Assembly (NCBI RefSeq): GCF_006345805.1
Contig: NC_043002.1
Location: forward strand, 27,528,001-27,592,000
Direction of reading: 5' to 3'
DNA: 64,000 nt
DNA from: Octopus sinensis
Taxonomy: Eukaryota
Shown here: piece after piece, positions 42,717 through 55,134 of the stretch
Layout: the number at the start of each line of letters is the position of its first letter
Numbering within the stretch: position 1 is the stretch's first letter
Translations under genes and position numbers: made by a program
The notes under the pieces: generated by a model
Database searches by the model: none
The model's input: the letters and a program-made list of their open reading frames with translations, nothing else
Told to the model about the DNA's origin: nothing

Positions 42717-43294
42717 AAACAGATATGAATACGAGTATTTGTGCGATATCTCCAGTGACATATATTTGAACACCGAAGGCGATCTAGCTTACATTACATA
42801 ACAGAATATAAATTCTTGGCTCCCAGAAATTGTCACCGCTACCAGGGAAGCTAGACTAACCCCTTACTAGTATTTGGTACTACCTCCAAGGAAGAAGGAA
42901 AGGGTATCTTGAGAATCAAGATTTCTCCCAAATCGATATAACAGTCATGATAGACAATCTTATTATGAACAGTTGTGGACTTGTGTTTTTGCCTAAGTAG
43001 CTGCCGTCAACACAATAGTCAACACATCATATTTGACATACGAGAATCAAAGTTACATAGAAAGAGAAGAAAACATTGATATCCAAAGCAATCTTCATAA
43101 AGGAAAAGAAATTAAACTGAAAGAAGTACCACACAGTAGCCAGTGGCAAGTATTTCAACAACAAAGTCGAATAGAGTAATAGATAAATTATTTATTAAAA
43201 TTATTTCCGGGAGAGAGTTATGTAAGAGTTGTGTCTCCATACAACAATGGTGCGTATGTAACTATGTATATATATATAAGTATATAAGTATAAG

Positions 43295-43644
43295 TAATAT
43301 ATATATATATAGATAAGAAAGTTTGTTTGGTAAAGCACGTGGGTGAATATATAAGAAAATAGTAAAGTGTGAAAAAAACGACAGAAGGCTTAAATGTTAA
43401 AAAATATATTTGTGTCAAAATGTCTGGAGAATATTGGAAAAAATTTTTTTCCTTTCCTTAAAATGACATAATTTTAAAAATTTTTAAAGAAATTACCGGT
43501 TTCGCGTGTAGCTTTTCAAATTTCTTGTGACGTTATGTTTATAGTGCATGGAATTATCGTTGTTTTTATTTCCAGGAGATTTCTAAATAAGGGGAGGTAG
43601 TGAGTGATTTTTTTTCCGGTGTAGGGGAGATAATCGCTTAAAAA

Positions 43645-43678
<34 letters not shown>

Positions 43679-45530
43679 TTGTTAATTTCTCTGTGTCAGT
43701 ATGTTCGGATGGTTGAGTCTGGGTTTGTACTTTCATGAAGAATGTTTCCTTGTTCAGTCTCATTTGTGTTGATGATCCGAAAGCACATTGGTAAAATGGG
43801 AAGATAAAATTGTGGCAGTAGTTGCTTTGCGCATTTCTCAATGTGCTCACTAAAAGGTATCATTCTATATTCTGGGAATGCAATCTGTTGTCGATTGCAG
43901 TGTCATCTCTGCGCCTGAGTGATAGTCCCGTGGTGGAACCCATAATCTTGGTGGCAGCCACCGAGCATTTAATAACATAAATTATGTTTTTCAGAGGCAC
44001 AAGTAAAGTTAGATTTGATCTTAAATTTCTGTCCCTCTTTAAAGAAGAATTCTGATCCTTCCAATAGGTTAGGACATGTTGCACAGTTCGATCTACCACA
44101 TTTTTTTACTTTTGCATCCGTAATTTTAGAAGACAATTTTGCCTTTGTGAGAATCTTTTAAGTGATTTAGGCTTTTGTAGCTTTTAATGATTTGGTGTAT
44201 GTTTAGAATTTCCTTTAATTTTGGGTTTTTATGAAGTATTGGTAAATTCTGGGTGATGATGGTGAAGGCTTCTTTGTTTCTGGGGTTGTAGTATGTAGAT
44301 ATGTAAGGTAGTATTTTCGGGGAAGTGTGTTGTTGTGTTGAACTTTTCTTAAAGTTTCTATGTTGATTTCTGTTGCACGTCTGATCCCATCCTCTATGAG
44401 TTGAGCTGGGTAATGTCTGTCAATTAGGGTGTTTTTGAGTTCTTGCAGTCCTAAAGTTCCTGGTATTTTGTTCTGACACTATTGTGCATATCCTTCTTGC
44501 AAGGTTGAAGGGGATGTTGTTTTAGTGTGTCTTGGGTGGCATGAATTAAAAAGAAGGTATTGTTTGGCGTCTGTGGCTTTGTAAAAAATGTCTGTTTCTA
44601 TTTTAAGGTTAATTTTTTTAATTAGTATATCCAAGAACTGGAGCTCCTTTTGGTTGTATTCCATTGTGAACTGTATATTTGGGTTTATGCTGTTCAATAG
44701 GTTTTTAAATTTTAGGAGTTTATCTATGTTTTCATCCAGAGAATGAAACAATCGTCTAGGAATCGTTTCCAATTCTCTTTTATGTATTGAGAGAGGGAGT
44801 TTCGTTCCAAAATTGATAGAGATTCCTGGTAAATGATTATTTCCATGTATCCCATTGTTAAGTTCGCAATGACTGGTGCTGAGCCCTTGTACCCATAGCA
44901 ATTCCGGATTTTTGACGGTAAAATGTATTGTCAACATGAAGTGGTTATTGTGTAGGATGAATTCAATTGATTTAGTAATGAATTCCTTACTGATCCTTTT
45001 GGTATTTCTTCCGGAAATTGGTCTAACCAGAATTGTATTGCCTCCAGTCCATAATTATGAGGAATACTGGTATACAAGTTGACTACATCAAATGAAACCA
45101 GGATTGTTTCTTCCTTGGTTTTTTTGGGAGGTGGTTTAACATATCTAAGTCATCTCTGATATGGCTATCGATATGTTTAAGGAAGGGTTTCAAGAGGATG
45201 TCCATAAGTAGACTTAGTCTGTGTGTTTCACAGGTTGGGCCAGCTACAATGGGTCGTAGTTTTAGGTCCCCCGGATTAGGTGTGTATGTATGTTTTGGTG
45301 ATTTTTTAATGGTTTCATTTATAATTGACTTTTATGAATTTTTGGCAGACCATAGAAAAGGCTAGGTTTGCATTTAAAGTTTGTTAGGAAATCAATCTCT
45401 TTGGTTGTCAGTTCCTTTCATGGGTTTTAATTAGTGAAGATAGAGTTTTCATTATTTTTGTGGGGTGTAGTTGGTAATTTTTTCATAATGTAGGTCTTCA
45501 TCAAGCAAGGAAATTACAAGATTTCTGTAG
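43295..45530 (-). mobile_element. Penelope-like element (RT + GIY-YIG endonuclease), decayed, with 3' pLTR
   Basis: FDVVNLYTSIPH, GIAMGT, WKRFLDDCFIL, INPNIQFTME..LQFLDI, YLLFNSCHP and NIIYVIKC.GC..Y.GST..L.R motifs with frameshifts; 3' repeat ~43295-43640 ends in (TA)n. Confidence 0.92.
43487..43526 (-). ncRNA. Minimal type I hammerhead with U3-A8 core variant in the PLE pLTR
   Basis: AAGAAAU-UUGAAAA-GC(uacac)GC-GAAA-CCGG-UA^AUUUCUU: 7-bp perfect stem I and palindromic stem III ACCGGU; same strand as the PLE ORF. Confidence 0.75.
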
Positions 45531-45588
<58 letters not shown>

Positions 45589-45629
45589 TATATGTATAAG
45601 TATATATATATATATTAGTATATATTCAA

Positions 45630-45800
45630 TATGTGACCGGTGTGTATCGTTGGCAATTTTTTCCCTCCGTCTTCCTTTCCTTGGATTCTTCCTTTTCCTA
45701 TTTTCTGACGAAGAACTCCGCTCGAAACGTTAAATCTTCCTTCTTTCTTTCCTCACGTTGTTGTGTTTTCTCTTTGTGTTTTCATGTTTGGATTAACTAA
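45630..45800 (+). mobile_element. pLTR fragment with minimal type I hammerhead (45702-45734)
   Basis: uuu-CUGACGA-a-GAAC(ucc)GCUC-GAAA-CG-UU^aaa; same family as 22182-22360. Confidence 0.7.
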
Positions 45801-45808
45801 TATATATA

Positions 45809-45906
<98 letters not shown>

Positions 45907-46062
45907 TGTGTGTATGTATGTATATATATATATAATATTTTAAACATAATAAAATAGGGCAATAATAAATTATTATTACCAGTGGCCTAGCACAAGTGGT
46001 CTTGAGATTTCTACTGCTCTTCTAGCACAATGTTTCCTATTTGAAAGCCTATTATTGTATTT

Positions 46063-46150
<88 letters not shown>

Positions 46151-46242
46151 GTACTATTCCATGATAGAAAATTCAACAAAAAAGCACTCGGTCTGGTGAG
46201 GGATAAAAATTATGTATTTGAAGGCCACAATGCATTTATTAA

Positions 46243-46296
46243 TGCGCTACTAATAGTTTCGTATGTTGAGAAAACTCAAACATATCATCAGGCACA
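46243..46296 (-). ncRNA. Type I hammerhead motif (G10.1 missing) within a pLTR-like fragment ~45975-46365
   Basis: UGUGC-CUGAUGA-UAUGUUUGAG(uuuu)CUCAACAUAC-GAAA-CUAUUAG-UA^GCGCA. Confidence 0.7.
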
Positions 46297-46371
46297 GATC
46301 ACATATAACGAACTAAAGAAGGTGAATTATAAAAGAAACGCGGAAAAGCTGGGAAGGGAATATATATAGAA

Positions 46372-46612
46372 AACACGGCTCTGTGTGCCTTGGATACCTG
46401 ATGTGGTTTATTGTTGTACTCTTATTTTTCGCTGTATTGAAAGCGTTTTATGTACGATGTGTACGGTGCATAGTAGTGCTATTTTCTGTACGTTGTATAT
46501 AATTGTACGTCCTGGTATTTTTGTTATGTATTTGTCTGAATGCTTTATTTTATCGTACCTAACGCGCTTACTGTGATACTATTTCCAGATCTTTGTATTT
46601 TGAAAACACATC
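46372..46612 (-). mobile_element. R4/Dong-like 3' end (second subfamily, internally deleted)
   Basis: KYKDLEI followed by the TRILRK.LSIQ-type C-terminus; similar to 48440-48735. Confidence 0.7.
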
Positions 46613-46704
46613 GATTAGAAAGCATTTTTTTTTCTTAGTCATCTCTGACAACTACCTCCGGCCAGAGGGGAATTATCCAAACCCCAAAGAATTTCTCTCA
46701 ACAA

Positions 46705-46751
<47 letters not shown>

Positions 46752-46773
46752 CATTACTTATTCATTAATTTAT

Positions 46774-47056
46774 TTATGCGCCCTTTTCAAGTCTAGCCAG
46801 ACTCATGGGCCCGGTTTCCAGGTTTCTATGGCGTATGTATCTCCGCCACCACAGTTGGACGCGACGCCAGTCCATCGCAGCGTTACTCAAAAAACAGGAA
46901 GAGAGAGTGAGAGAAAGTTGGGGCCTAAGATTACAACAGGGGTCGCCACCACCCCCTGCCGAAGCTTCGTGGAGCTTTCGGTGTTTTCGCTTAATAAACA
47001 CACACAACGCCCGGTCTGGGAATCGAAACCGCAATCCTCCGACCATTGCTACTCCA
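46774..47056 (-). mobile_element. SINE family S3, body type A (head internally deleted)
   Basis: Reverse complement of 18762-19044; 3' end runs into (TAA)n. Confidence 0.88.
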
Positions 47057-47110
47057 CATTATTATTATTATTATTATTATTGTTATTATTATTATCATTA
47101 TTATTATTAT

Positions 47111-47663
47111 GAGTGAGCGAGCAGGGCATGCCATCAAAGTGACACTGGGGTAAAATATACGAAGCCCAGTATACCCATCATGACTACCCGTCTGGTAAGG
47201 GTACACCAGGCACATGCATCACAACCATATGTGCGCGACATGGTGATCTCATATCAAGATAAACAGCACATGACCTTGCAGGTGGGGCCCAGTTAGAATT
47301 TTCTTCAGGTTGAGTAGCCCATCCTGCTCAAACGGTCCCTGAATAAGGGTTGCTTTAGGATGTTGAACGAAACACCTATGTTTCCAGAGGTGAACCATTC
47401 AAACTCCAAGAATCCCTCTCAACACATGGCCATGATGCTCCCCCACTACTTCTGCTCGTGATCAGAGATGCACATATCGTCAGCCACTAAGGGACATGCT
47501 CAACTGGTTAAGGTCAAACAACTGACAAGCAAATCTGTGGTATTGAGCAGAATATTTGCTGTAGCCCATCTTTTATACCAAGACAAAACAATGTACATGA
47601 TAACACTTCCAATCAGTTAAGATCAGAAGCCATGAGAGCCACTGCCTGGTACTGCATCAGGGC
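47111..47663. mobile_element. 553-bp non-coding dispersed element embedded in (TAA)n
   Basis: GC-richer block sharply bounded by (TTA)n on both sides; no recognisable ORF. Recalled as an abundant octopus repeat, not verified. Confidence 0.6.
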
Positions 47664-47702
<39 letters not shown>

Positions 47703-47974
47703 GGCAGCATGAAGAACGCCATGCGACTGCAATAGATATTTTATTGGTTGAACGCTATTTCCACAGCTTGCCCTCGTTCAAACTTTTGAACTGGAAATCA
47801 TAATTTTGAATGTTTATGTGTCATTTTTCATTTTTAGCTCGACAAAAACAGGGAAGCTGTCGAAATATCGTTCAATCAATAAAATATATATTGCAATCGT
47901 ATCGCACTCATCGCATTGTCCATTTACTTCTTTGAAGAGTTAAGTCGATCCTTTCAAAATGTTGTTGTTGTTTT

Positions 47975-48244
47975 TTATCTCTCGAGTTCGATGCGTACGC
48001 AGTCTTCCGCGTGTATCAGTTTCCTTTTACCATTTGATTTCTTCATGTATAGTGATCAGTGTCTGCATTTGGATGATGGGCTTCATGCATCGTTAAGAGC
48101 TTTCTTCTCATCCTGTACGTCTCCATTAGCTCCTCCTTTGTCGACTTCCGGATTCCAGCGCCATATCGAACTACTGCAACTGCGCGCAAGTTTATTGTTG
48201 AAATTATATTTCTGGTATTCAGCTTTGAAGTCAATGTGTTCCTC
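47975..48244 (-). mobile_element. R4/Dong-like RT C-terminal fragment
   Basis: SKLNTRNIISTINLRAVAVVRYGAG...RKLLTMHEAHHPNADTD. Confidence 0.8.
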
Positions 48245-48247
48245 ATT

Positions 48248-48307
<60 letters not shown>

Positions 48308-48440
48308 GTTATTATTATTATTATTATTATTATAGTTGTTATCATCATCATCATCATCATCATCATCATTATCATCATCATCATTATTATTATTATTATT
48401 ATTTTTATTTTTATTTTTATCATCATCATCGTCATCATTA
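48245..48440. repeat. (TCA)n/(TTA)n compound microsatellite
   Basis: Directly visible. Confidence 0.95.
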
Positions 48441-48735
48441 TTCAGTAGTCTTAATTTTATAACGTGCTTTCAATGCACTACAGAGCGCAGCCCTGTGTGC
48501 CTTCGGTATGTGCTGTGGTTTGTCGCGATGCTCTTATTTTTATTGTATTGAAAGTATTTTACGTAGAATGCGTGTGGTACCTAGTCCTGCCATTTTCTAT
48601 ATGTTATTTATACTTGTTAGTGCTGGTGCTTTTGTTATACATATTTCTGCATATTCTTTTATCATACCTAATGTGCCTACTATGATAGGAATTGTTTCTG
48701 TTTTTATACACCGCATTCGAGTCAACTCTATTTCC
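48440..48735 (-). mobile_element. R4/Dong-like 3' end (second subfamily)
   Basis: KYKDLEIELTRM..KTETIPIIVGTLGMIK..GTTRILRKILSIQ followed by a 3' UTR into a TGA/TAA repeat. Confidence 0.8.
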
Positions 48736-48775
48736 AGATCTTTATACTTTCAAAGGTTTCTTCTTCTTCTTCTTC

Positions 48776-48812
<37 letters not shown>

Positions 48813-48820
48813 CATTATTA

Positions 48821-48858
<38 letters not shown>

Positions 48859-48874
48859 TATGGGTTATTCTTCT

Positions 48875-51230
48875 TCTTTCAAATTTGCTTCCATTTCTTG
48901 CCGAGTGTATTCCCAACACCTAGGGCAAAGAAACTCATAGTATACATTGGTAGGCCATTAAACTAAACTCACTAGTTCGTTTATTATTATTATTTTTTTT
49001 AAGTTTAATTAAAATACATGAGCAGCAACAGTTCTCACATCGACAATGCTCTTCTCAATACGTGTGATGTACCAGTTAAGACAATCTTTTGCACTTCTTG
49101 CAGGGATGGTAAGCCAAGGATCATTCTCATATAATTTTCGGTTCCCTTCTTGATCATTCCTAGTGCTCCTACGATCACTGGTATTGTAACCGCCTTGAGA
49201 TGCCACATTTTCTCAATTTCAATGAGTAGGTCTTTATATTTTCTGAGCTTGTCAAACTCTTTCGCTGAGATATTATGATCACAGGGGATGCTCATGTGCA
49301 AACTTGATTGTTTTGGTCTTTCACAACAATATCTGGTTTATTGGCCTTGATGGTTCGGTCTGTATGTACTGGAAAGTCCCACAGAATGGTTACATTTTCT
49401 CCTTCAGTTACAGCCTCAGGGTGGTGATTATACCACTTGTCGGCAGTTTTGATATTGTAATGCCGACTTATTAGCCAGTGTACGTAGATATTGGCCAACT
49501 CTGTCATGTCTTAATTTATACTCCACTGGTGCTAAGACTTTACATCCAGAGATTAGGTGGTCCACTGTTTCAAACAAGTCGTTGCAGAATCGGCATTTTG
49601 GGTCTGCTCCATTTTTCATCACATTGGCCTGGTAGTTCCGGGTTAATAGGCTTTGATCTTGAGCAGCCAGGATGAAACCTTCACTCTCTGCTTTTAGCCC
49701 TGAGCTCCGTAGCCACTGATGGGTTTGCCTCTGGTCAACATCAGCCTGTTTGCTGCGGGCCACATATTTGCCGTGCAGAGGTTTCTCCTCCCACCTATCA
49801 GCCAATTGCTCGTGCGCTTTTTTCGTTGCCATTATTTTTACCTTCTTTGCAACAATAGTTGCTGTACTTCCCTCGGGTTGTTCAGTTTGGGTATCCTGCA
49901 CGAGATCAATAGCAAATTTTTTGCTTTCCTTTATTATAGAATGAAGCTTCTTTCGTCTCTCGTGATTTTCCACGAGCTTTAGCATCCAGTCATTCGTTAT
50001 TTCGAGATATTTGGCCAGTCCAAACAATAGTTGCCGTACTTCCTTCGGGTTGTTCAGTTTGGGTATCCTGCACGAGATCAATAGCATTTTTTTTAGCTTT
50101 CCTTTATGATAGAATGAAGCTTCTTTCGTCTCCTTGGGCTCTGGGGAGGTAAAGGCGATCTACGTCTGCCTTTGGGTGGTGCATCCTATTACATCTCAGC
50201 AGCTTGCGTATTTTCCTATCTATTTTCTTTACTTCACTCATATTCCAGTTCAACACATTGTAGCAATAAGTAACAACTGGAACTGCTAAGGAATGTATAG
50301 CTAACACCTTGTTACGTGCATTTAGTTCAGATTTCAGGACTGGTCGAACTCTCCTATAACATTCCTTCCTGATCTTCTCTTTCATGCTTTCACAGTGCGC
50401 AATAGGCCTTCAAGTTCATTATCGTCTTTACCATAGAGTTTTAAGTCATCCATATAAAATTGATGGCTTATTTTTTTATTGACAATTTTATACCTATACC
50501 CTGTTCTGTTTAATTCACTTGTAAAGGGTATTAGGGCTATGCAGAATATTAGAGATGAAAGTGAGTCACCTTGAAAAATGCCACAGTAGATGTTTATATT
50601 CTCTGAGGCAAGTACTCCATTAGAGTGGTATAATTGGAGATTCGTATTCCACAACGACATATTATGCTTCAGAAAACTTGAAATCACAGGGGAAATTCTG
50701 AAGATGCCCAGCGATTTCAAGATCTATGAATGCAGTATACTGTCGGAGGCCTTTTTATAGTCAATCAATGCGGAGCTGAGATTTCTGCGCTTGTTGTGAC
50801 AGTTCTCAAGGATCATACGATTAATTAGCAGTTGATCTTTGCATCCGCATGAGCCTCGGCAGCACCCTATTTGTTCAATGGGGAAAATATCGTTCTTCTC
50901 CATGAATGCATATGTTTTCTCCGCCAGGATAGATGTTAGGATTTTATACGTGGTGGATAGACATGTTATAGGCCGATAGTTTTTTGGTAGGTTGGTTTCG
51001 TTATCTTTGGAGTAGGTAAGTAATACCACTTGCTAACCATTCAGGTGTTTTCTTTGGGTCTCTCATAATTCCATTGAGCAGCTGAACTAGCTTACCCTGT
51101 GCGCATGGGAGCGATGAGAGCCAGAAATTCGGCACCCTATTTTTACCGGGGGATTTCCAATTATGGGCCTTCGTGAGTGCCTTTCTTAGGTCTGCTATTG
51201 TGATGTCTTCCCATGCTTGTTGTAAATTTT
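48875..51230 (-). mobile_element. R4/Dong-clade retrotransposon, 2.35 kb 5'-truncated, frameshifted
   Basis: RT (NYRPITCLSTTYK, IFQGDSLS, FYMDDLKLY), CCHC (CRFCNDLFETVDHLISGC) and REL endonuclease (KPDIVVKD..MSIPCD..KEFDKLRKY); 3' UTR like 20603-20740, ending in (TAA)n. Confidence 0.95.
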
Positions 51231-51237
51231 GGTAGGA

Positions 51238-51307
51238 TCATTGAAATTAAGAAAATGTGGCATCTCAAGGCGGTTACAATACCAGTGATCGTAGGAGCAC
51301 TAGGAAT
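51238..51307 (+). mobile_element. 70-bp inverted self-copy of 49156-49225
   Basis: One mismatch in 70 bp by manual alignment; sits at the 5' junction of the R4 element and runs into (TTA)n. Confidence 0.85.
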
Positions 51308-51325
51308 TGTTATTATTATTATTTA

Positions 51326-51356
<31 letters not shown>

Positions 51357-51360
51357 GTTT

Positions 51361-51392
<32 letters not shown>

Positions 51393-51439
51393 ATCATTAT
51401 TATTATTATTATCATTATTATTATTATTATTATTATTAT

Positions 51440-51890
51440 GTACTTTAAATTTGCAGGTTTGTTACAATCACTTGCCGATACACACCCAGAATCCCAGGGT
51501 GAGTGAAGGATAAGAGATGCTACAGTATGACTGAAAGCTTGGTGAGGGAAAGTGGTAGGGGCACTAGCAAAATGTCTTCATGTAATATAACACAGACATT
51601 TAAATTAATAGGGCTTTTCTAAGGATGTGGGCAGTACTTGTTAACACAATCTTCTGGATTTATCTGAGACATGGTTCTCCTGGGATATTACCAAACCTAG
51701 AGTACACGTAATAACAAGAACAGTTCTCGCTTTAAGATGCCACATCTTTTTTATTTCAATTTCCAGGTCTTTATATTTTCTTGATTTGTCGAATTACTTT
51801 ACAAATATATTTTTTCAGTAGGAACACTGACATCTATTAGTGTTCAAGTATTTTCTTCCATATATTTAATGATATGTCTAGTCAATTAGC
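51440..51890 (-). mobile_element. R4/Dong-like 3' end (third subfamily)
   Basis: KSRKYKDLEIEIKKMWHLK...QKIVLTSTAHILRKALLI. Confidence 0.75.
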
Positions 51891-52159
51891 CTAGATCGTT
51901 CTGTCGATGTTAACTGGAGGATAGTGATATTTTTACATTGCTAAAAACAGTTTGATTCAGCTCTGTGCGTCTCACAGTTTCTCGAGCTTCTAACAGAAAC
52001 CCGTCACTTACAGGCTTAGATTACTAAATTCGATTTCTGTCAGAGACCAAAGAACCATGGAGCCGTTTTAAATAATAATACATATGACAAATACTGAATG
52101 TGCTGGGTGCCTCTTTCTTTTGTTTGTTCAAACACACGTGTACACGCACGCCCACCCCC

Positions 52160-52227
<68 letters not shown>

Positions 52228-52228
<1 letters not shown>

Positions 52229-52470
52229 GGTGAGGTGTTCAAAAGTAACCGGAAACATTTTCTGTGCGACAAATCCGTTGTAGTTTGTAGTTTGGAATTC
52301 CACCGCTAGAAGCAACTTAATGCGATATTCAGGTAGCAGTCTGCTGACCGATGGCGTGGCGTGAGATCTGACTGCCACGTGGTGCATCTTTGTTTTGCAG
52401 TGCTTCTACTATGTTCGTCGATTTTTGCGATGGTAGAAACGAAGAAACAGCGTGTTTGCGTGGAATTCTG
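52228..52470 (+). mobile_element. mariner 5' end, same family as 30339-31160
   Basis: TA followed by TIR cggtgaggtgttcaaaagtaaccggaa; MVETKKQRVCVEFC. Confidence 0.8.
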
Positions 52471-52572
52471 TTCTCTGCTCTGTGTATGTATGTATGCTTG
52501 TATGTGCATCTGTGCGTATGTGTGTATGTGTGTGTGCAAGTGCGTGTGTGCATGTGTCTGTAGGTGAGTGTA

Positions 52573-52611
<39 letters not shown>

Positions 52612-52969
52612 TATATACATATATATATAAATATTTACGTATCTGTATTAGTGACCATATATGTCTGTCTATTTGTGTCGTGTGTACGTGTGTATTTTGT
52701 TAGTTTCGATGCACTTACTGCTGAAGGAACACTTAAATGAATACATTTGGCAGCGCTAATTAATTTGACTGATGCTGACGGCTCATTTCCTTAGCTGCTT
52801 AGAATTTCTCACTCTGTATGATAATTTGGACGTCAAAGAGTTGATGGATAATGCATAGCCAGTAACTGAATCATAAGCTTCTAACAAACACATATATATC
52901 CATATATTATTCTACATGCATACAAACATACATATGTGCGTGTATCACTTGTGCATGATGATTGGATGC

Positions 52970-53031
<62 letters not shown>

Positions 53032-53044
53032 GCATGATTGTAAG

Positions 53045-53255
<211 letters not shown>

Positions 53256-53829
53256 TAGCACATTTTGAGTAGATGCATTTCACACCTAACAACAATGTTC
53301 TATTATTTTTGCATTATATATCATCCAGGCTATCAAATTATTCTCGTTTCCAATATGTAGGTATGCATTCAATGATGTAAAACAAAATCAGATGGAGGAA
53401 GTACAGGCAACGTTTTCTAAATTTTGAAGAAGAATATGAAAAAATATCTCTAGACACAAATTTCTTGTGTCAGTAAATAATCAAATGATTTATATGATAT
53501 AAAAAAGATTTCGGTTTTGCTACATTCATGAAGTGTGCGTATAACCCCCTCCCCCATAAACTCACACAAGCACATATGTATACATGTATTCTTAGTGATA
53601 TATACGCACATTATATATATACACACTCATACCCACGTATACACAGTGTATTAGGATAAATTTGACTATCCATTATGTCTCCTATTTTCACGAACAGATT
53701 GATGTATTTAGGAAGAGACAACGGCGCTAGAGTGTATAAAGATAAATTCGTAGTTTAGAAAAAGTTAATTGACATAGATTACTGAAAGCCATATAAATTT
53801 TGGAAAAGAGTTATGTGTATCATGATTAC

Positions 53830-54400
53830 TAGCACCAGGTGTCATAATGGTGCCATGACTGCTGTTCAACTCTCTCTGAACACTGTAAAGGCCGTAGAAC
53901 GTGGCATGGACATCATGGCAACCATGTTCTTCCAAATTGTGATGCTCTTCGGGTGTGTCTCCAGTCTAGGTGACATCATGTCGCTCCACTAATTTGAACA
54001 ACGCATTAGGCTCATCTCAGGGGGCTATGGGAACTGAGGAGGACTTTTGCTGGAACGTCATATGTGTGGCAGCAGGATTCTCCTCCTTGCCATACCTACG
54101 AAAAGAATCAGAAATGGTGGTCGGAGAATAGAATTTTTACGACTTCACCGGCTCCTTTTTCTGGCCTTCTGATTGCCCTGATTGTAATCTCATAGATTAA
54201 TATGTGTGGGATGCGGTTAAAAAAGACACCAACCGCTCTGCTTGCAACGTCAAGGTCAAGCTAGTGGACAAGATCAAGGAGGTGTCCGAAGATCTCCCCA
54301 GAGACACAGTAAAGAACGCATGCGCCGAAGCAGGCTTCAGGCCGTGGTGGAAACTTATTGCAGCTACATTGAGTAAACTTTATCTGTCAGCTCAAATCTA
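53830..54400 (+). mobile_element. maT/DD37D-like transposase C-terminal remnant
   Basis: WQQDSPPCHT, FW..PDCN..D.YVWDAV and LPRDTVKNAC. Confidence 0.8.
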
Positions 54401-54609
54401 GTTGATATTTTTACATAGATGTGTCTCTTCGTTTGTGCATTTATTAGCTTTTTTAAAACTTATTATTTAATGGAATGCCACGTACACTTATTTTGTTTAC
54501 AGAAAGTGATTTCATATTTTCTCTTCCTTTCACCTTCTCTCTTTCTGTTCATCTCTCTCTTTCTTTCTCCCCTTCCCTCTCTACATTTGCAAACCAAATC
54601 CCAAAACGA

Positions 54610-54644
<35 letters not shown>

Positions 54645-55134
54645 TGTATGTATGTATGGATCTATATATATATATATATTATTTATATTATTACTTGATT
54701 GAATGCCACGCATCTATTTCCAAGTAAGTATATCTTAATTTTTTTATGCGACTCTATTCTGATTTCTCCCCTTATTATTTTCTCTCTTATCCTTTCTTTC
54801 TCTAATTGCCTTTTTTTTGTCTCCTTCACCGTTTGCTCTCTTTCCCCCTCTTTCTCCATTACTCTCTCTCTCTCCTTCCTCACACTCGACCATCGTCCAT
54901 CTATTTTTTTTCACGTGACCATCGTTCTTTTCTTTCAGGCTGGACGTATACTATTTCTCTTTTCTATCTTTTCTCTTGTCAAAGAAAATATTTCTCTAGC
55001 ATTCGCTATATTACGCTCATTCTGGTCTAACGACCCTCTATGTTTGTTTTCGTTCGGTTTCCTTGTATGTCTCCACAGTTCATTTTTTATTCCCAAATTT
55101 GACCATCCATAAATCTCAAATTTTATTTTGGTAC

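Noticed and set aside
47111-47663. HDV-like or hammerhead ribozyme at the ends of the 553-bp element
   Set aside because: I could not build P1/P3/L3 or complete HHR stems by hand; the CUGACGA near 47480 lacks a paired GAAA and stem III.
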